The position numbers and the translations under genes are program-made. The notes beneath the pieces were generated by a model. That model had not been told where the DNA came from. It searched no databases and worked only from the letters and a program-made list of their open reading frames with translations. A stretch of 64,000 nucleotides of DNA from Takakia lepidozioides (Eukaryota; Plantae; Bryophyta), in assembly GCA_030704615.1 (NCBI GenBank), contig CM060732.1, forward strand, positions 50,034,001 to 50,098,000, written 5' to 3'. Of the stretch, positions 1 through 11,834 are shown in pieces. Each line of letters opens with the position of its first letter. Within the stretch, counting starts at the first letter, position 1.

Positions 1-2399
1 TCGATACCGAAAATGCCACCACCCCAACCAGCTGTGCAATGCTCCCAGATTGGTTGTCTCCACTGCACCTGACGTGTTCCACCAAGCCTCGATGATAGCA
101 AACTTAACCTCCGCGTCATCAAATGTGGGTGCATCCTTCCACGCCGTACAAAGGACACGGTGTTCAGCCTGGAATGAGCTAGCAACAAATTTGGTAGTGT
201 AGTGGGATAGACTCTGCATCCAATGGAATCCACAGGATCTCTCTTTCCCCTCCATTGGAACATTGGGGTCCTCACCGTACACACGCCGCACCGCTGCCCA
301 GTTGGCCTGAGCGTTGTCTGCCATGAATCCCTGAAATTGGGCTCTGGCAATCCCGCCCTTGCCATCTGCTCGTTTATGCCCTCCCACAGATGCATCTCGG
401 ACTGTGTGTCCTCCCCTTTCATCTCGCAGATTGCAATCGTCATGAGCCTCTTGGAGTGATAGTCATAAACATGCGCACCCATAGTCACCCACTGATGGTT
501 TGTAATTCGCTTGATGTGATCAAACATCACCCAAGCATTCGACAAGTTTCCAGTTGTCATGCGAGTGACCAAGTCGACTCCACTCCCAGGCCCACACGTC
601 GACATTTTGAAAATGTAACAACGATCGGATTCGCTGCCTTGCCCTGGAAACCTGCTACCTTGGATGTAGTCATATCCAGTCATTCGTTTCACCTCCAGGA
701 TTGAGTACATGTCCGACCCCCTGCCGAACTCCTGCTTGCAAGATACGATGTGATTCCGCACATTCGGACTACAAACGTGCGAGACGGACTCCAAGAGGTC
801 ACGCATCTCGTCTTCGGTCAAGGGCTCTCGGTCGGAACCATCTTCAGACATGATTTTGCCAAGAGCAATCTTGTGGGCTGCCTTCAGCTGAATCTGCTTT
901 GGTCTGGCTCCGGGGCTCAATTTCACCTCCTCTTTTATGATGTCGTGTGCTTCCTGCACAGCCTCACGCATGTTGCCTCTCGCCAAGGGGTGGCAGTGGA
1001 CCCCAACGTGTATGCAAGCTCTAGTCAAGTCCGGGAGCAAATGGATACGTAATATTGCTTGGCTCTGCACATGGACATGCACGTCGGTGGTTCTTTGCAA
1101 TGTGCACACTTGAAAGAACCCGCAGGAGCTTGGCTGGAGACAATGAATGGATGATGCGTTGTGCCAGTCCAATCCGTCTCGTTTCTCCGCCCTCCTTTGG
1201 AGAGAAAGTGGAAGCAGGTGGGATTGAGGCACCTCAGCTTCCCCGCACAGAGGACATATCGTACACGAACACCATCAGCAATTTCGTGCTACTGGTCTTC
1301 GTCACACACCAGGGGTGTCCGTCATGCTTTCGATCCATGTCTGTTAACATCCCGGAGGCTTTCTTTGACGAAGAAACAGGTGGAAACTCGAAGATGACAT
1401 TGCCATCGACTTCGGGAGGCAGAAACGTTACCTTTCTGACTGGGAATTTGGCATAGTCGAGCAGCCAGCTCGGAGCGAGAACCATCGAGGTGATGTTGTC
1501 GTAGGAGCTGCACAATGGACCGGGTTGGAGTTATGCTCGAGGGCACATTCGTAGCACCTACAGAGACGTCCATGCCGGATTTGAACGACCGTGTGGAGGA
1601 CATGGGCCTCAATGCAATCATCTTCCTCGTCGGAAATGTCGAATACGTCCACACGAGAAGCTATGGAGGGTCTTGACGGTCCAGGTCGGGAATGATTATC
1701 GTTGCATACCTCTCTGTTGGCAGTGGCCGCCTCTCGGTTTCCGGACTCCTTTGTGGATGGTGTGGGCAGCGACTGATTCGGAAAGGGAATGGGCATTCCC
1801 ACAGCTCGGTACAGGATGGTGTCTGACGGGGGAACGTGCCATTCGATTCCGCAACCTCCGTCGTTACCTAGCACGACAATGGTCTCGTCAACCTGTCCAG
1901 GAACATCCTTCCTTTCTTCTTTCCAAATAAACTGTGCCCGGTTTGAGCTTGAATTTGGAACAAAGGTAAGTTTCAGTCACTCTGCAAAGTCCTCCCTCGT
2001 TTGGGATCCAGGCTCTCCCAAGTTGCGGAGGACAGCAAACTATAGCGTAGGAATTCGGAGCCATCGAACACCGCACGGAGTTGGCAAGTGCGAGGTTCAG
2101 TATAGCGACAGACCAAGGCTCACAGGCACCATCTAAGTGGATCTGCGGAGTCCATCGACGATTGGAAGTCGCACATTGAAGTGGAAAGTATTGTTTCAAG
2201 CTACATGCATGAAGGTGGGAGGTTTGATTCCATAGCCAGTGAGTATGACAATGATGGCCGATTCGGCGACGAAATAACATCTCCTGACAGTTTCTCCTGA
2301 GGGTGGATCCAGCAGTATTCTCGGTGCAGACAGGAACGTTCGCACTGACAAGTGCCAGGACTGCTGGTTAAAACGGTCAGACAACCAAGTTGTGCTCAT
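1..2399 (-). pseudogene. MULE-type DDE transposase with N-terminal GCM/WRKY-like Zn domain (frameshifted, runs off left edge)
   Basis: Manual minus-strand translation gives DMDRKHDGHPWCVTKTS, KCAHCKEPPTCMSMCRAKQYYV and RACIHVGVHCHP (GCM/WRKY-like HxH-P). It continues AWVMFDHIKRITNHQWVTMGAHVYDYHSKRLMTIAICEMKGED (first D), NF/GFMADNAQANWAAVRRVYG (second D; 1-nt shift near 330) and KERSCGFHWMQSL (MULE CxxH). Core is 1-1515; the extension to an ATG at 2399 is tentative. Confidence 0.75.
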
Positions 2400-2490
2400 C
2401 AAGACTGGCCGCAATTGTGTTGTTTCGGAACAATGCAACCCATTCAGGTTCCAGATTTCCCGTCCCGAGTGATTCTTCGATTGCTGGTGG

Positions 2491-4200
2491 ACGGAAATAC
2501 GGCGCCGCATTTCCGTATTGCATCTTGGTCATGCACCAGAGCGACGGAAATGCGGCACCGAGTTTCCGTCCGGGGAAACCTTTATACTCTCCAGAACGGA
2601 AATGCGGTAACGCATTTCCATCCAGCAAGCACGTATGTGAAGGTGGAACGGAAATGCGGTACCGCATTTCCGTTCTGATTGAGATTTATGAACACGGGAA
2701 CAGAAATGCGGCACCGCATTTCCGTCCGAGTCGCACTTTTCCGACATTCAGAACGGAAAGCGGCGCCGCATTTCCATTTTGTATCTGATGCATGGAGCTG
2801 AGGGATAGAAATGCTGCAGCACATTTCCGTCCTTAAAAGACATTCATACTCTCCAGAACGGAAATGCGGTACCGCATTTTCATTCACAAGCACGGTATGT
2901 GAAGGTGGAACGGAAATGCGGTACCGCATTTCCGTTCTGATTGAGATTTATGAACAACGGGAACAGAAATGCGGCACCGCATTTCCGTCCGAGTCGCACT
3001 TTTCGACATTCCAGAACGGAAATGCGGCGCCGCATTTCCATTTTGTATCTGATGCATGGAGCCGAGTGCGATTCCGACAGCTTCATACAGCGCAATTCCG
3101 ACCGCTTGAGACATTCATACTATCCGGAAATGCGGCACGCATTTCCGTTCTGACTGAAAATCGTGAACCATCTGAACTCGGCACCGTATTTCCATCCGAG
3201 TCGCACCTACCAACATTCCAGAACGGAAATGCGGTACCGCATTTCCGTTCTGACTGAAAATCGTGAACCATCGGAACTGAAATGCGGCAACGCATTTCCA
3301 TCCGAGTCGCACCTCCCAACATTCCAGAACGGAATGTATTAAAAGGGAAATGCGGCACGCATTTCCGTTCTGATGAATCCTGAAACATCGGAACTGAAAT
3401 GCGGTACCGCATTTCCGTCGGAGTCGCACCTTCCGACATTCCAAAACGGAAATGCGGCGCCGCATTTCCGTTTTGTATGTGAGGCATGGAGCTGTGGAAC
3501 GAAAATGCGGCACGGCATTTCCGCCAGCGTCAGACGTTAATACTCTACAGAACGGAAATGCGGTACCGCATTTCCATTCTGACTGAAAATCGTGCGCAAC
3601 GGAACAAATGCGGCACCGCATTTCCGTTCGAGTCGCACCTTCCGACATTCTAGAACGGAAATGCGGCGCCGCATTTCCGTTTTGTATATTGGGCCTGGAG
3701 CTGTGCTACGGAAATGTGTCCCGCATTTCCATCCATGTGAGACCTTCAACTTTCCGACCGGAAATGCGGCACCGCATTTCTGTCCAGGTGAGACCTCTAT
3801 ACTTTCCCGAACGGAAATGTGGCACGGCATTTCCATTCATCATCTAACGATGTGAAAACGGAAATGCGGTACCGCATTTCCGTTCACATTGAAAATCATG
3901 AACCACGGGAACTGAAATGTTGTGCCTCATTCCCGTCCCAATCGCACCTTTCGACATTCCAGAACGGAAATGCGGCGCCGCATTTCCCTTTTGAATCTCA
4001 TACATGGAGCTGTGGGACGGAAATGCGGCACCGTATTTCCGTTCAACAACTAAGGTATGTGAAGGTGGAACGGAAATGCGGTGCCGCATTTTCTTCCAAC
4101 AAGTACGGATGTGTAGCTTTGATGGTACTTAACGGAAATGCGGCGCCGCATTCGCATTTTCGCTCCAACTCATCAGACGCTGGGACGGAAATGCCTTGAA
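2491..4200. repeat. Palindrome array 1: ~30 copies of (AC)GGAAATGCGG-NN-CCGCATTTCC(GT), ~52-53 bp period, ~262 bp higher-order unit
   Basis: Copies start at about 2491, 2544, 2597, 2647, 2700, 2753, 2806, 2858, 2909, 2964, 3016 and continue to ~4131. Spacer types recur cyclically (e.g. ...tatgtgaaggtgga precedes the copies at 2647 and 2909). Confidence 0.95.
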
Positions 4201-4588
4201 ATGTGAACACGTGGAGCAACGGAATTGCTGCACATGTCGGCACTCTATCTGACTGAAGGGGCATGAGGCGGCGCGGCCTGACCGTTGGATAATGATGTTT
4301 GTTTTTCGGACGGCAGGCGTACCCTCAACGATTCGAATTTCGTAATGACGCAAACTCCACGAGGAGACACTTTCGTCCAACCCTTTCGAACCCAAGTGGT
4401 GCATCACCGCCGTTTCATCTACTTTTGTCGTGTCTCCTCAGTCACCCCTCTCGCGCCCTTTCCATCTGCACTCTTTGCCCTTTTCCCTCTCTCTGTTCTT
4501 CTTATGCTCGAACCTGAGAGGGGGGGAGTTCGTGCACCAGAGGAGACCTCGTCGCAAGCTCCGGAAATTATACTTCGGACGTAGGCCA

Positions 4589-7500
4589 ATGCCGAAGGGG
4601 AGGAAGCAGATGCGTCTACAGGAGGAGATTGCCATCTCCGAGCAGCAGGCCACTCAGGCAACCCAGCCACCAGTGAGAGCTCCATGCGATCGGGCTGCGC
4701 GCAGCTGATCGAGCACCGAACCCCCCATTTTGCTTCTGTAATTCTTAGACTGAATGCTAGGAGACTTGAATGCAGAACATGTTTGCATGCCTAACAGGAA
4801 AGGTGGACGTGCTGGAGGGATCGCAGGAATCCGAAGAGCCGCAGGAAGAGTCCGAGGAGCTAGCTGCAGCACGTACACCCACCCGATCCCCGAGCGCGGG
4901 TATTCCTGCCGGGCCTAGCCCTCTGCGATTCAAAGACGCGTCTTCGAAGGGCAAGTTCAAAGTCCCAGAGATCGACTCGCGTTCTTCGGTCATGGAGAAT
5001 CGCCAGCAGGGGTCGGGCCCTTCTCCAGCAAAGTCGAAGAAGAAGCAGCCCGTCCCTCTACTGGCTTCTGAACCGGCTCAGGCCGATTCACCCCCCCCCA
5101 ACGCGAATGAAGCAGCAGGGTAGAAGACAGATTCAATTGCAGCAGACACCTTCACCTGCAAGGATGAGGAAGCAGAAGGCAATCAGGGCGACGGCGAACA
5201 ATCTCCCGCAAAACCGCTTCCACGAGCTGAAGCTCAGTTCCTGGAGGATTTCCCGCCTGCAGATGTTGGGGCCGACTCTGCTGCAGCGAAGGCAATGGGA
5301 TCGACCGTTGATCTCGATTTGGTACCGGAGGAGGGTGCTGCCGCTCAACGTTCGCAGCAAGACCTCACACCGATGAGCAAGCAGGCCCGGAGGAGGCCTC
5401 TGCAATGGCAGAATTGCCCGCACACAGGCCCCAGAGTGCAGCTCCAGTTGAGGATGCTCCAGCTGCTCAGCCACTACCGGCACCTACAGACATGTCTCCG
5501 GAGGATTTCAAAAGTGCAGCGGATAAAATGTTGGAGGAGACACACAGTAGCATTGGCAGAGTTCTGGGCAGCAGGGTATTCCAGCGGACTCTTCGAATCC
5601 CACTCTGTCGCATGGTCTCCCTTCCCATCGTCAGGCAGGCCCTTCCCGGAGATGTGGATAAGCTCAAGTTCGCATTTCGAGAAGGGTACCGTCTGGATCG
5701 GCAGCGTTTTACGTTTCCATTGAGAATGAGGACGGCGAAACTCGTGGACCCACTGCCGATGAATTGTCAACGTGGGATACCCACTGGCACACTCGCAACC
5801 ACGAATTCGAGGCGACGCTGAAGGGTGATCCCGACTTCGGCCATATGTCGGGTAAAATGTTCTTTGTGTGGGACGGGAATCACCGACTTCTCGCCTGGTG
5901 GGAGTACATCAAGCAGAACCATGCCAAGCACATTGGCTGGCATTACATGGTGGAGTGTGTCATCCTCAAGGTGAAGGCGGCAGACTCCTCCCTGCTCAAG
6001 AATGCCATGGCGGACCTCAACTCGTAAGATACTCATACCCTCCCTAGCACGTTCGAAATGCGGTGCCGCATTTCGGTTTCCATTCTGGTTTGTTTCCGTG
6101 CTTCCGTGTACTGAACTGGAGAGTGTGCCTTGCAGGGTCACTGAGAATGCGTACGTGCATACCCACATGGCACATATGCTGTACAGGGTGAGGAAAACTG
6201 GTCTCACTGATCCGCAGATGTTTGCGGAAATGCTGGAGCCCGAGCTCATTCAGAAAGCCGTTGCAAAAACAGACCGGACATGGTATCGTCTCACTATGGA
6301 TGGAATGGTGGAGGTGATATACGAAGTAAGTCGTCCTCCAATTTCCCTCTGCTCATCCTTCCCCAATTTCAGTAATGTTTCCACATGAATCGAATGTAAC
6401 GCTTCTGCATGTTTTTGTTGGCAGTCAAATCAAGCTGGATTTGGCCCATGCCAAACGCTTCTTCATGGAAAGTGAGGGGCAGGTCAAAACGTTGCAGTCA
6501 TTGACTGAGCACTTGAAGGAAGCCGGTGTCAAGTCCAGAACCAAATACAAGTCAAAGCTTGTGAAGCTGGTGGCAATTGCAGATCCGGCACTTGGAAAGG
6601 ACTTCATCCCCGAGATTGCAAAACACTATTCTCGGGCCATGCAGCCGACCATGCAATTGGAGAAACTGCATCACCTCTCAACGGCATGTGTGGAGGCGAA
6701 AGAGAAGGTGAGGTTTCAATGCACTGAAGTTCCTTCCTAGCAATAGCCACTCTCTTCCAGCTCCTGACATTGGATCGGAAATGGCAGACACGGTGGCTGT
6801 CGATCTGGAATGCATCCGAGAGCATAAGGACAATGTGGTCTTTTCCACTGGAAGTTTCCGACCCTGCAGTGGATGTGTGGCTCAACCGTATGACTTGGTG
6901 GTTCCAGGTAATTCAAGGTACTTCCCCAGATTTGCTTTTCTGACATGAATTCCCTGAACTGCTACGTGACAATGCATTTGGGAATCGCAGGTAATGTCGA
7001 ATGCGAAGGAGCAAGTCGTAATGCACACAAATTCGTTCGGCTTGTACGTCAAATGGGATGGAACACAGACATTGGAAGACTACGTGACACGTTTCAGATG
7101 TGCGTACAAGGACAACCTTTTCGCCAGAGAGCTACAGACAGCAAGAAGGAGCGTGGAGTTTACACATCAGGAGGGAGCGGGGAAAGCTGCAATGCGAATT
7201 GTTTACAGGTGAAGCACAGCTGCCCTTGTATGCGAAGCCTGGTTACGAGGTTTGTCTCGGAAATGCGGCACCGCATTCGCATTTTATGTTTTCGGTGGCA
7301 CTCTGCCAGTAGGTTGGTCTCAACTTTTGCTCACGCATGCTGACTGCCTTGCAGGTATATGAAATACGTGCTCCTTCAGACAGGGGCCCTGGCTCAAGAG
7401 CCCCCGTTCTTCATGGCTTGGACCGTGGCGGGCCCAAGCTGTGTCTACACACCCGAGATGCAGAAACAATGGCATCCCGCGCATCTCGTTGGATGCCCGT

Positions 7501-9676
7501 GGTACCTGGACATGTCTGGCGGTATTGTTGACGAGTCTGAGAAAGATCTGCACGCCTTGGCAGAAGAGAAGAGAAAGGAAAGACGTGTCCCTGCTGGGCC
7601 AAAGTCGGCAAAGGAATCTGCTGCTCTGGAAGAATCCAGAAAGGCAGCTGAGATGGCACAAAAGACGGTGGATGCAGCTGTGCAGGCCCAACAGAAGGGG
7701 TCGAAGAAGAGGACTCGCCAGCAAGGAGCAGCTGTTGTGACACCCGCCAAAACGAAGAAGCAGAAACAGCCTGTTCAGGAAGAGGGTGAGGAAGAGGACT
7801 CCGATGGAGACTTTGCAACCAGCCCACCCCCCCAAACGCAGGCTGCCTCCCCTGTGCCCACCGTTGTCACGAGAGGCACGAGAACTGGCTCGGCAAAGAA
7901 GGCACTCTTCAACCCCCCAGGGGGCACCCTTTCGAGCCGGTGGAAATGAAGAGGCCGAAAGTGGCTCCCGAAACAGTAGTCCAGTGTGTAAATGAGAGTT
8001 TCTTGGCGGCTTTGGATGGACGGGCAGCCAAGTTGGCATACATGAAGACCATGGAGGGTCTGAAGGGCAGAGCACTGAAGAAGGCGACTGCCGAAGAGCC
8101 TTCCGACACCCCAGGATTTCAGAATATGGTCTCGTTCTTTGAGAGGGTGTGTGCAGACAAGGATTGTAGGAGGGGCGGAAATGCCACCGAGTGGTCTTGC
8201 GATATGATCATCTTGGATATTCCGGACGGAGAGCCTGTGGAAGGACTGCAAGCTTTGCCATCTTGGAACAGGTACTCGGAGGACTTTTGGAAGAAAGGAT
8301 TCGGGCTTGCCCGCATGGTTGGACGACAGAGGCTGTGTGGTTGTCCTGGCGAGCAGAGGAAAAAACACTCAGACAGGAATTGCGAAGTGGACCCGCAAGA
8401 GCGCCGTCCCGATTCTGAAAAAGAAGTGGACGTGCATCAACACACTGGGCCTTCGGTCGGAAGGGAAGAAGGTGATTACGACACTGGCACTCGTCCATTC
8501 ATTTGCTTGGGTGTTTTCAAATGCGGTGCCGCATTCGGTTTCTAATCGTTTTCCCCCTGTGTATGCAGACGAAGCAGTTCGATGCATACTGCTTTGTGAA
8601 GGAACTCCACCTTTGCTTTCCGGAAGGAGGGAGGAAAGGTTGACCCGAACTGCGACCCACTCGATTACGACGTTCTGTTCAACAACGTTCCCAAGGAACT
8701 TCTCCCTCATAGCCTCACTTCAACGGAACCCCTGCGGTACTCACGGACTCGGAGCCCTGCCTTCATTCACAATTATGGAGACATGCACAGACGTGGAGGG
8801 CACAGTGCTCGACCTCATCTGTGGGACAGGTATGCAGAATCTTGATCTATGCTGTTCTGCAAATTCTCGTTAGGATGTAGTTCGCAACATCTGAAGCGCC
8901 ATGTGGTAATGTGTGGATGGCATTGTAACAGGTGCCTCAATGTGGGCTGGGCGGTTTTCCGACCGGCACCTCTTTGCCTACGAGGAGGATTCATCCGTGT
9001 GGGGATCCCATCTGGAGGGGCTGCAACGGAATGTGAAGGCTCCCGACAGAGCGGAAGTCTCCTCGGATTCGTCGGAGTCCGAGGAAGACACAGTGGACAT
9101 TGATGCGGAGGAGAACCCGGAATACGAGTGAGTGCAAACATTGTAAGTTTGCAAAGCCTTCTGGGTCATTTATGTCAAACGAATTTCCCGACTGTGGTTC
9201 TCATTAGTCTCGTTGATGATTGTCATGTGCAGGATTGCAGGGTCCGGGTCGAAACATGTAGGGCCTACACTTCCTGCCAGGAAGAATGTCCCGTTCTTTG
9301 CGAGGGCCGACTTCATGACGAGCCCGTGAGGGACTACTCCCTTCCTAGTTATGCAGCTAAACTCGCAAATACAGCGATTAGAAGAAGTGAGAATCCCAGT
9401 AAAGTAGAGCAGATTTTGGAGAGGGCTAGGGAGGACAGAAGGATAAGGAAAGAGTTGGCAGCAGCTCAGACAGGTAGACGGGTACGAAAGTACATATGTG
9501 ATTCAGCGGATGAGAGCGACGCAGACAGGGAGGAAGACGACCCAACGGAGGTGAGATGGACAGTTCCGCAAGGGGAAGATGGGATTTTCGAAAGCCTGGC
9601 CAACGAGCAGTCCGCTGGAGATGAGAGAGGCACTGAGGGGGTGGAGGAGGAGCAGGACAGTCTAGAAACAGGATGA
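4589..9676 (+). CDS. Multi-exon gene: low-complexity N-terminus + ParB/Sulfiredoxin-like domain + beta-class N6-adenine/N4-cytosine DNA methyltransferase-like domain (several 1-bp frameshifts)
   Basis: GT-AG introns at about 4673-4797, 6024-6135, 6326-6424, 6708-6760, 6908-6990, 7209-7354, ~8490-8568, 8830-8931 and 9128-~9232. ParB-like segment: IPLCRMVSLPIVRQAL...KMFFVWDGNHRLLAW (~5600-5900). MTase motif IV-like: SCDMIILDIPDG (8195-8230), then WKKGFGLAR/AWLDDRGCVVVL. Motif I reads in phase across the 8830-8931 intron: IMETCTDVEGTVLDLICGTG|ASMWAGRFSDRHLFAYEED. Confidence 0.75.
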
Positions 9677-9837
9677 GGATTCGGATGATTTTCAAGATTA
9701 ATAGAATTTTAATGAAGTCTCTGTAAATGTAAATTCTCTTCCAGAGTATATAAAGGAAATTCTGCCCGACATTCGTGACCCCTCTCCAGTGTGCATTCCA
9801 GCCACACAATCGCCCAAACCACGACGCTCCCAAAATC

Positions 9838-10530
9838 AGAAATGGGGCACCGCATTTCCAAAACAGGGGAGGGACTAATTTTCCATTTCAATGTTGGCAT
9901 AGTAAAAAGTAATCTGAATTGGAAATGCGGTGCCGCATTTCCAAAATTTCCTTTGTCCACACGCCAGTTTTGGCCTCTCCCGCTCATTGCATGGATGCCA
10001 CCACGCTTACAGAGGTCGAACAAGAGGTCGACAAGGAGCGAGATGGCGGATTGAAAATGCGGTGCCGCATTTCATATTGGGGATGGTCGTTGTTCGAACT
10101 GCAGGCCCATCAGCAAAAATTGGCACCGCATTCCATTGTAAAAAAAAGTCGATGACGGACATGGAAATGCGGCGCCGCATTTCCAGAACGGACATCGCAA
10201 TTTGTCCATTTGCAGACCCTCTCTCGGAAATGCGGTAACGCATTCCATCGCGCTGGTCGGAAATGTCACACTTTTCGAAGTGTTGGACGGAAATGCGGCA
10301 CCGCATTCCCTTGTCCAAAAAGAAGTTTCCATTGCCAAGCTGGAAATGCGTCGCCGCATTTGCAATGCCAACCTCGTTTTCTGATCAATTTATAGACCCG
10401 TGTTGGTATTTCGTGTACCTGGACGGAAATGATGCACCGCATTTTCTTGTCCCACATGGAAATGCGGTGCCGCATTTCGATGTCCGACATGGAAATGCGT
10501 TATGCCGACATGCGGTGCCGCATTTCAATG
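9838..10530. repeat. Palindrome array 2: ~12 copies of the same palindrome, irregular spacing
   Basis: Copies at about 9838, 9919, 10053, 10115, 10163, 10226, 10287, 10341, 10423, 10457 and 10510, plus half sites. Confidence 0.9.
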
Positions 10531-10772
10531 TCCGACATGGCGTTACTCTGGTATATTCTTGACAACTCACATACCTCTGCTATATTCATCCGGACAGACA
10601 CATTGTAGAAATGAGACATCAAATTGTAAACAGTGGGCCAATTCCGACAGTTATTCAACACAATGAAACACATCATACAGAAGTGAGGTACGATGGGTTT
10701 ATTGATCGGACACGATGTCTCACATTTACCAACTGCAGACAAAACTAAGCCCTTCCTCCTTCTACATGGGCT

Positions 10773-11297
10773 TCACCAAGTCGACGGAACTTCGATACCC
10801 CTCAAAGGGCACCTCGAGGTAAACTGCAATTCGGTCGTTCTGCTGCCCTTGCTGGAGCCGACGACAATGTCATGTCCATCAATGATACCACCATCATACA
10901 TTGACAAGGTCACTGTGGGCCTCATGTGCCGTGCGATTCGTCTTCGCAACTCAGCCGAATGTCTCCATACACTGGAGCGGAGTGATCTGCACGTATATAG
11001 TTTTCCCCGGTGCCGTCCTCCCTGGTCCACTGGCAGCAGTTGCTGCGTGATCATCCCTTTCCAGCTTGGTATATCGAGGTCAACAATTTTCAGGACCCAC
11101 GGACCGCATTGACCCTCACCTCGCTCAAAGCGGTAATAGCCCTCCAGATACTCCATTGCGCGCAAAGACTCTTGCTTGATTCCAGCAGCGTCTGTGAAAA
11201 CAGAGAGCCAGACAATGATGTCTCCTGATTCTGGTTTGAACATAGCATAATCGTGGCCATGATAAGGGCAGTCGGCTGGATTTCGGCGGCACGGCAT
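10773..11297 (-). CDS. Unknown protein, paralog A of inverted pair (174 aa)
   Basis: MPCRRNPADCPYHGHDYAMFKPESGDIIVW...YDGGIIDGHDIVV aligns end-to-end with ORF 11835-12398; both frames are open. Confidence 0.6.
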   Translation of the reverse strand: MPCRRNPADCPYHGHDYAMFKPESGDIIVWLSVFTDAAGIKQESLRAMEYLEGYYRFERGEGQCGPWVLKIVDLDIPSWKGMITQQLLPVDQGGRHRGKLYTCRSLRSSVWRHSAELRRRIARHMRPTVTLSMYDGGIIDGHDIVVGSSKGSRTTELQFTSRCPLRGIEVPSTW

Positions 11298-11544
11298 CCT
11301 TGAAAAAGTAGCGGAGTACGCTCAATGACAGCAGCTCCCGGATGGAGGAGGAGCAGCGCGGTGGCTGGAAAAAGTTCAAGCTAACGCTGCAATTCCTCAC
11401 AAACACTCCAGGGCACATTTAAATTTCCCCCCTACAGGATCCTGGACCGATGAAGATTGGCTGCTGCATGAATGTAGCCGTTTCCCTACCCTGCCATGCA
11501 AACTATGGGTCACTGCCAGGTGGGCCGATAGCCACTGGACACGA

Positions 11545-11606
11545 CGAAGTCCATCCCTCTTCGATGTAAATGCGGCGCCGAATTTCCATCCGGGGGATGG
11601 ACTTCG
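11545..11606. repeat. Imperfect 62-bp hairpin centred on a palindrome copy
   Basis: cgaagtccatccc ... gatgtaaatgcggcgccgaatttccatc ... gggatggacttcg; the outer 13-bp arms are perfect reverse complements. Confidence 0.85.
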
Positions 11607-11834
11607 GTGGCAGATCTCAAACTATAACTTGTTGATGAGAAAGATGTATGGGTTCATCCACCGCTGGCGTGATGAACACGTTCCACCTCCGTCGGTGGGT
11701 ACGTGTGACCCAGATGCTCCATTATTGGAGGCCGGACTGCTCTTCCGCTTCGTATCATTTCAAAATCTAAGGGCTTCGTAGCTGTCCGCAAGGTCATCGG
11801 CATCCAAGTCGTCCTCAGGTCCTCCTTTGCAAGG

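Noticed and set aside
2491-4200. CRISPR array
   Set aside because: Repeat and spacer sizes look CRISPR-like, but spacers recur cyclically, repeats are degenerate, no cas genes are present and the context is eukaryotic.
2196-4264. Many overlapping ORFs (GNAAPHFR / KCGTAFP / EMRRRIS) here and at 9709-10570
   Set aside because: They are translations of the stop-free palindrome in all six frames, not genes.
4589-9676. Bacterial contaminant, restriction-modification or parABS operon
   Set aside because: The gene has spliceosomal introns, one splitting MTase motif I in phase. No nuclease or ParA partner is visible, and the palindrome does not match the bacterial parS consensus.
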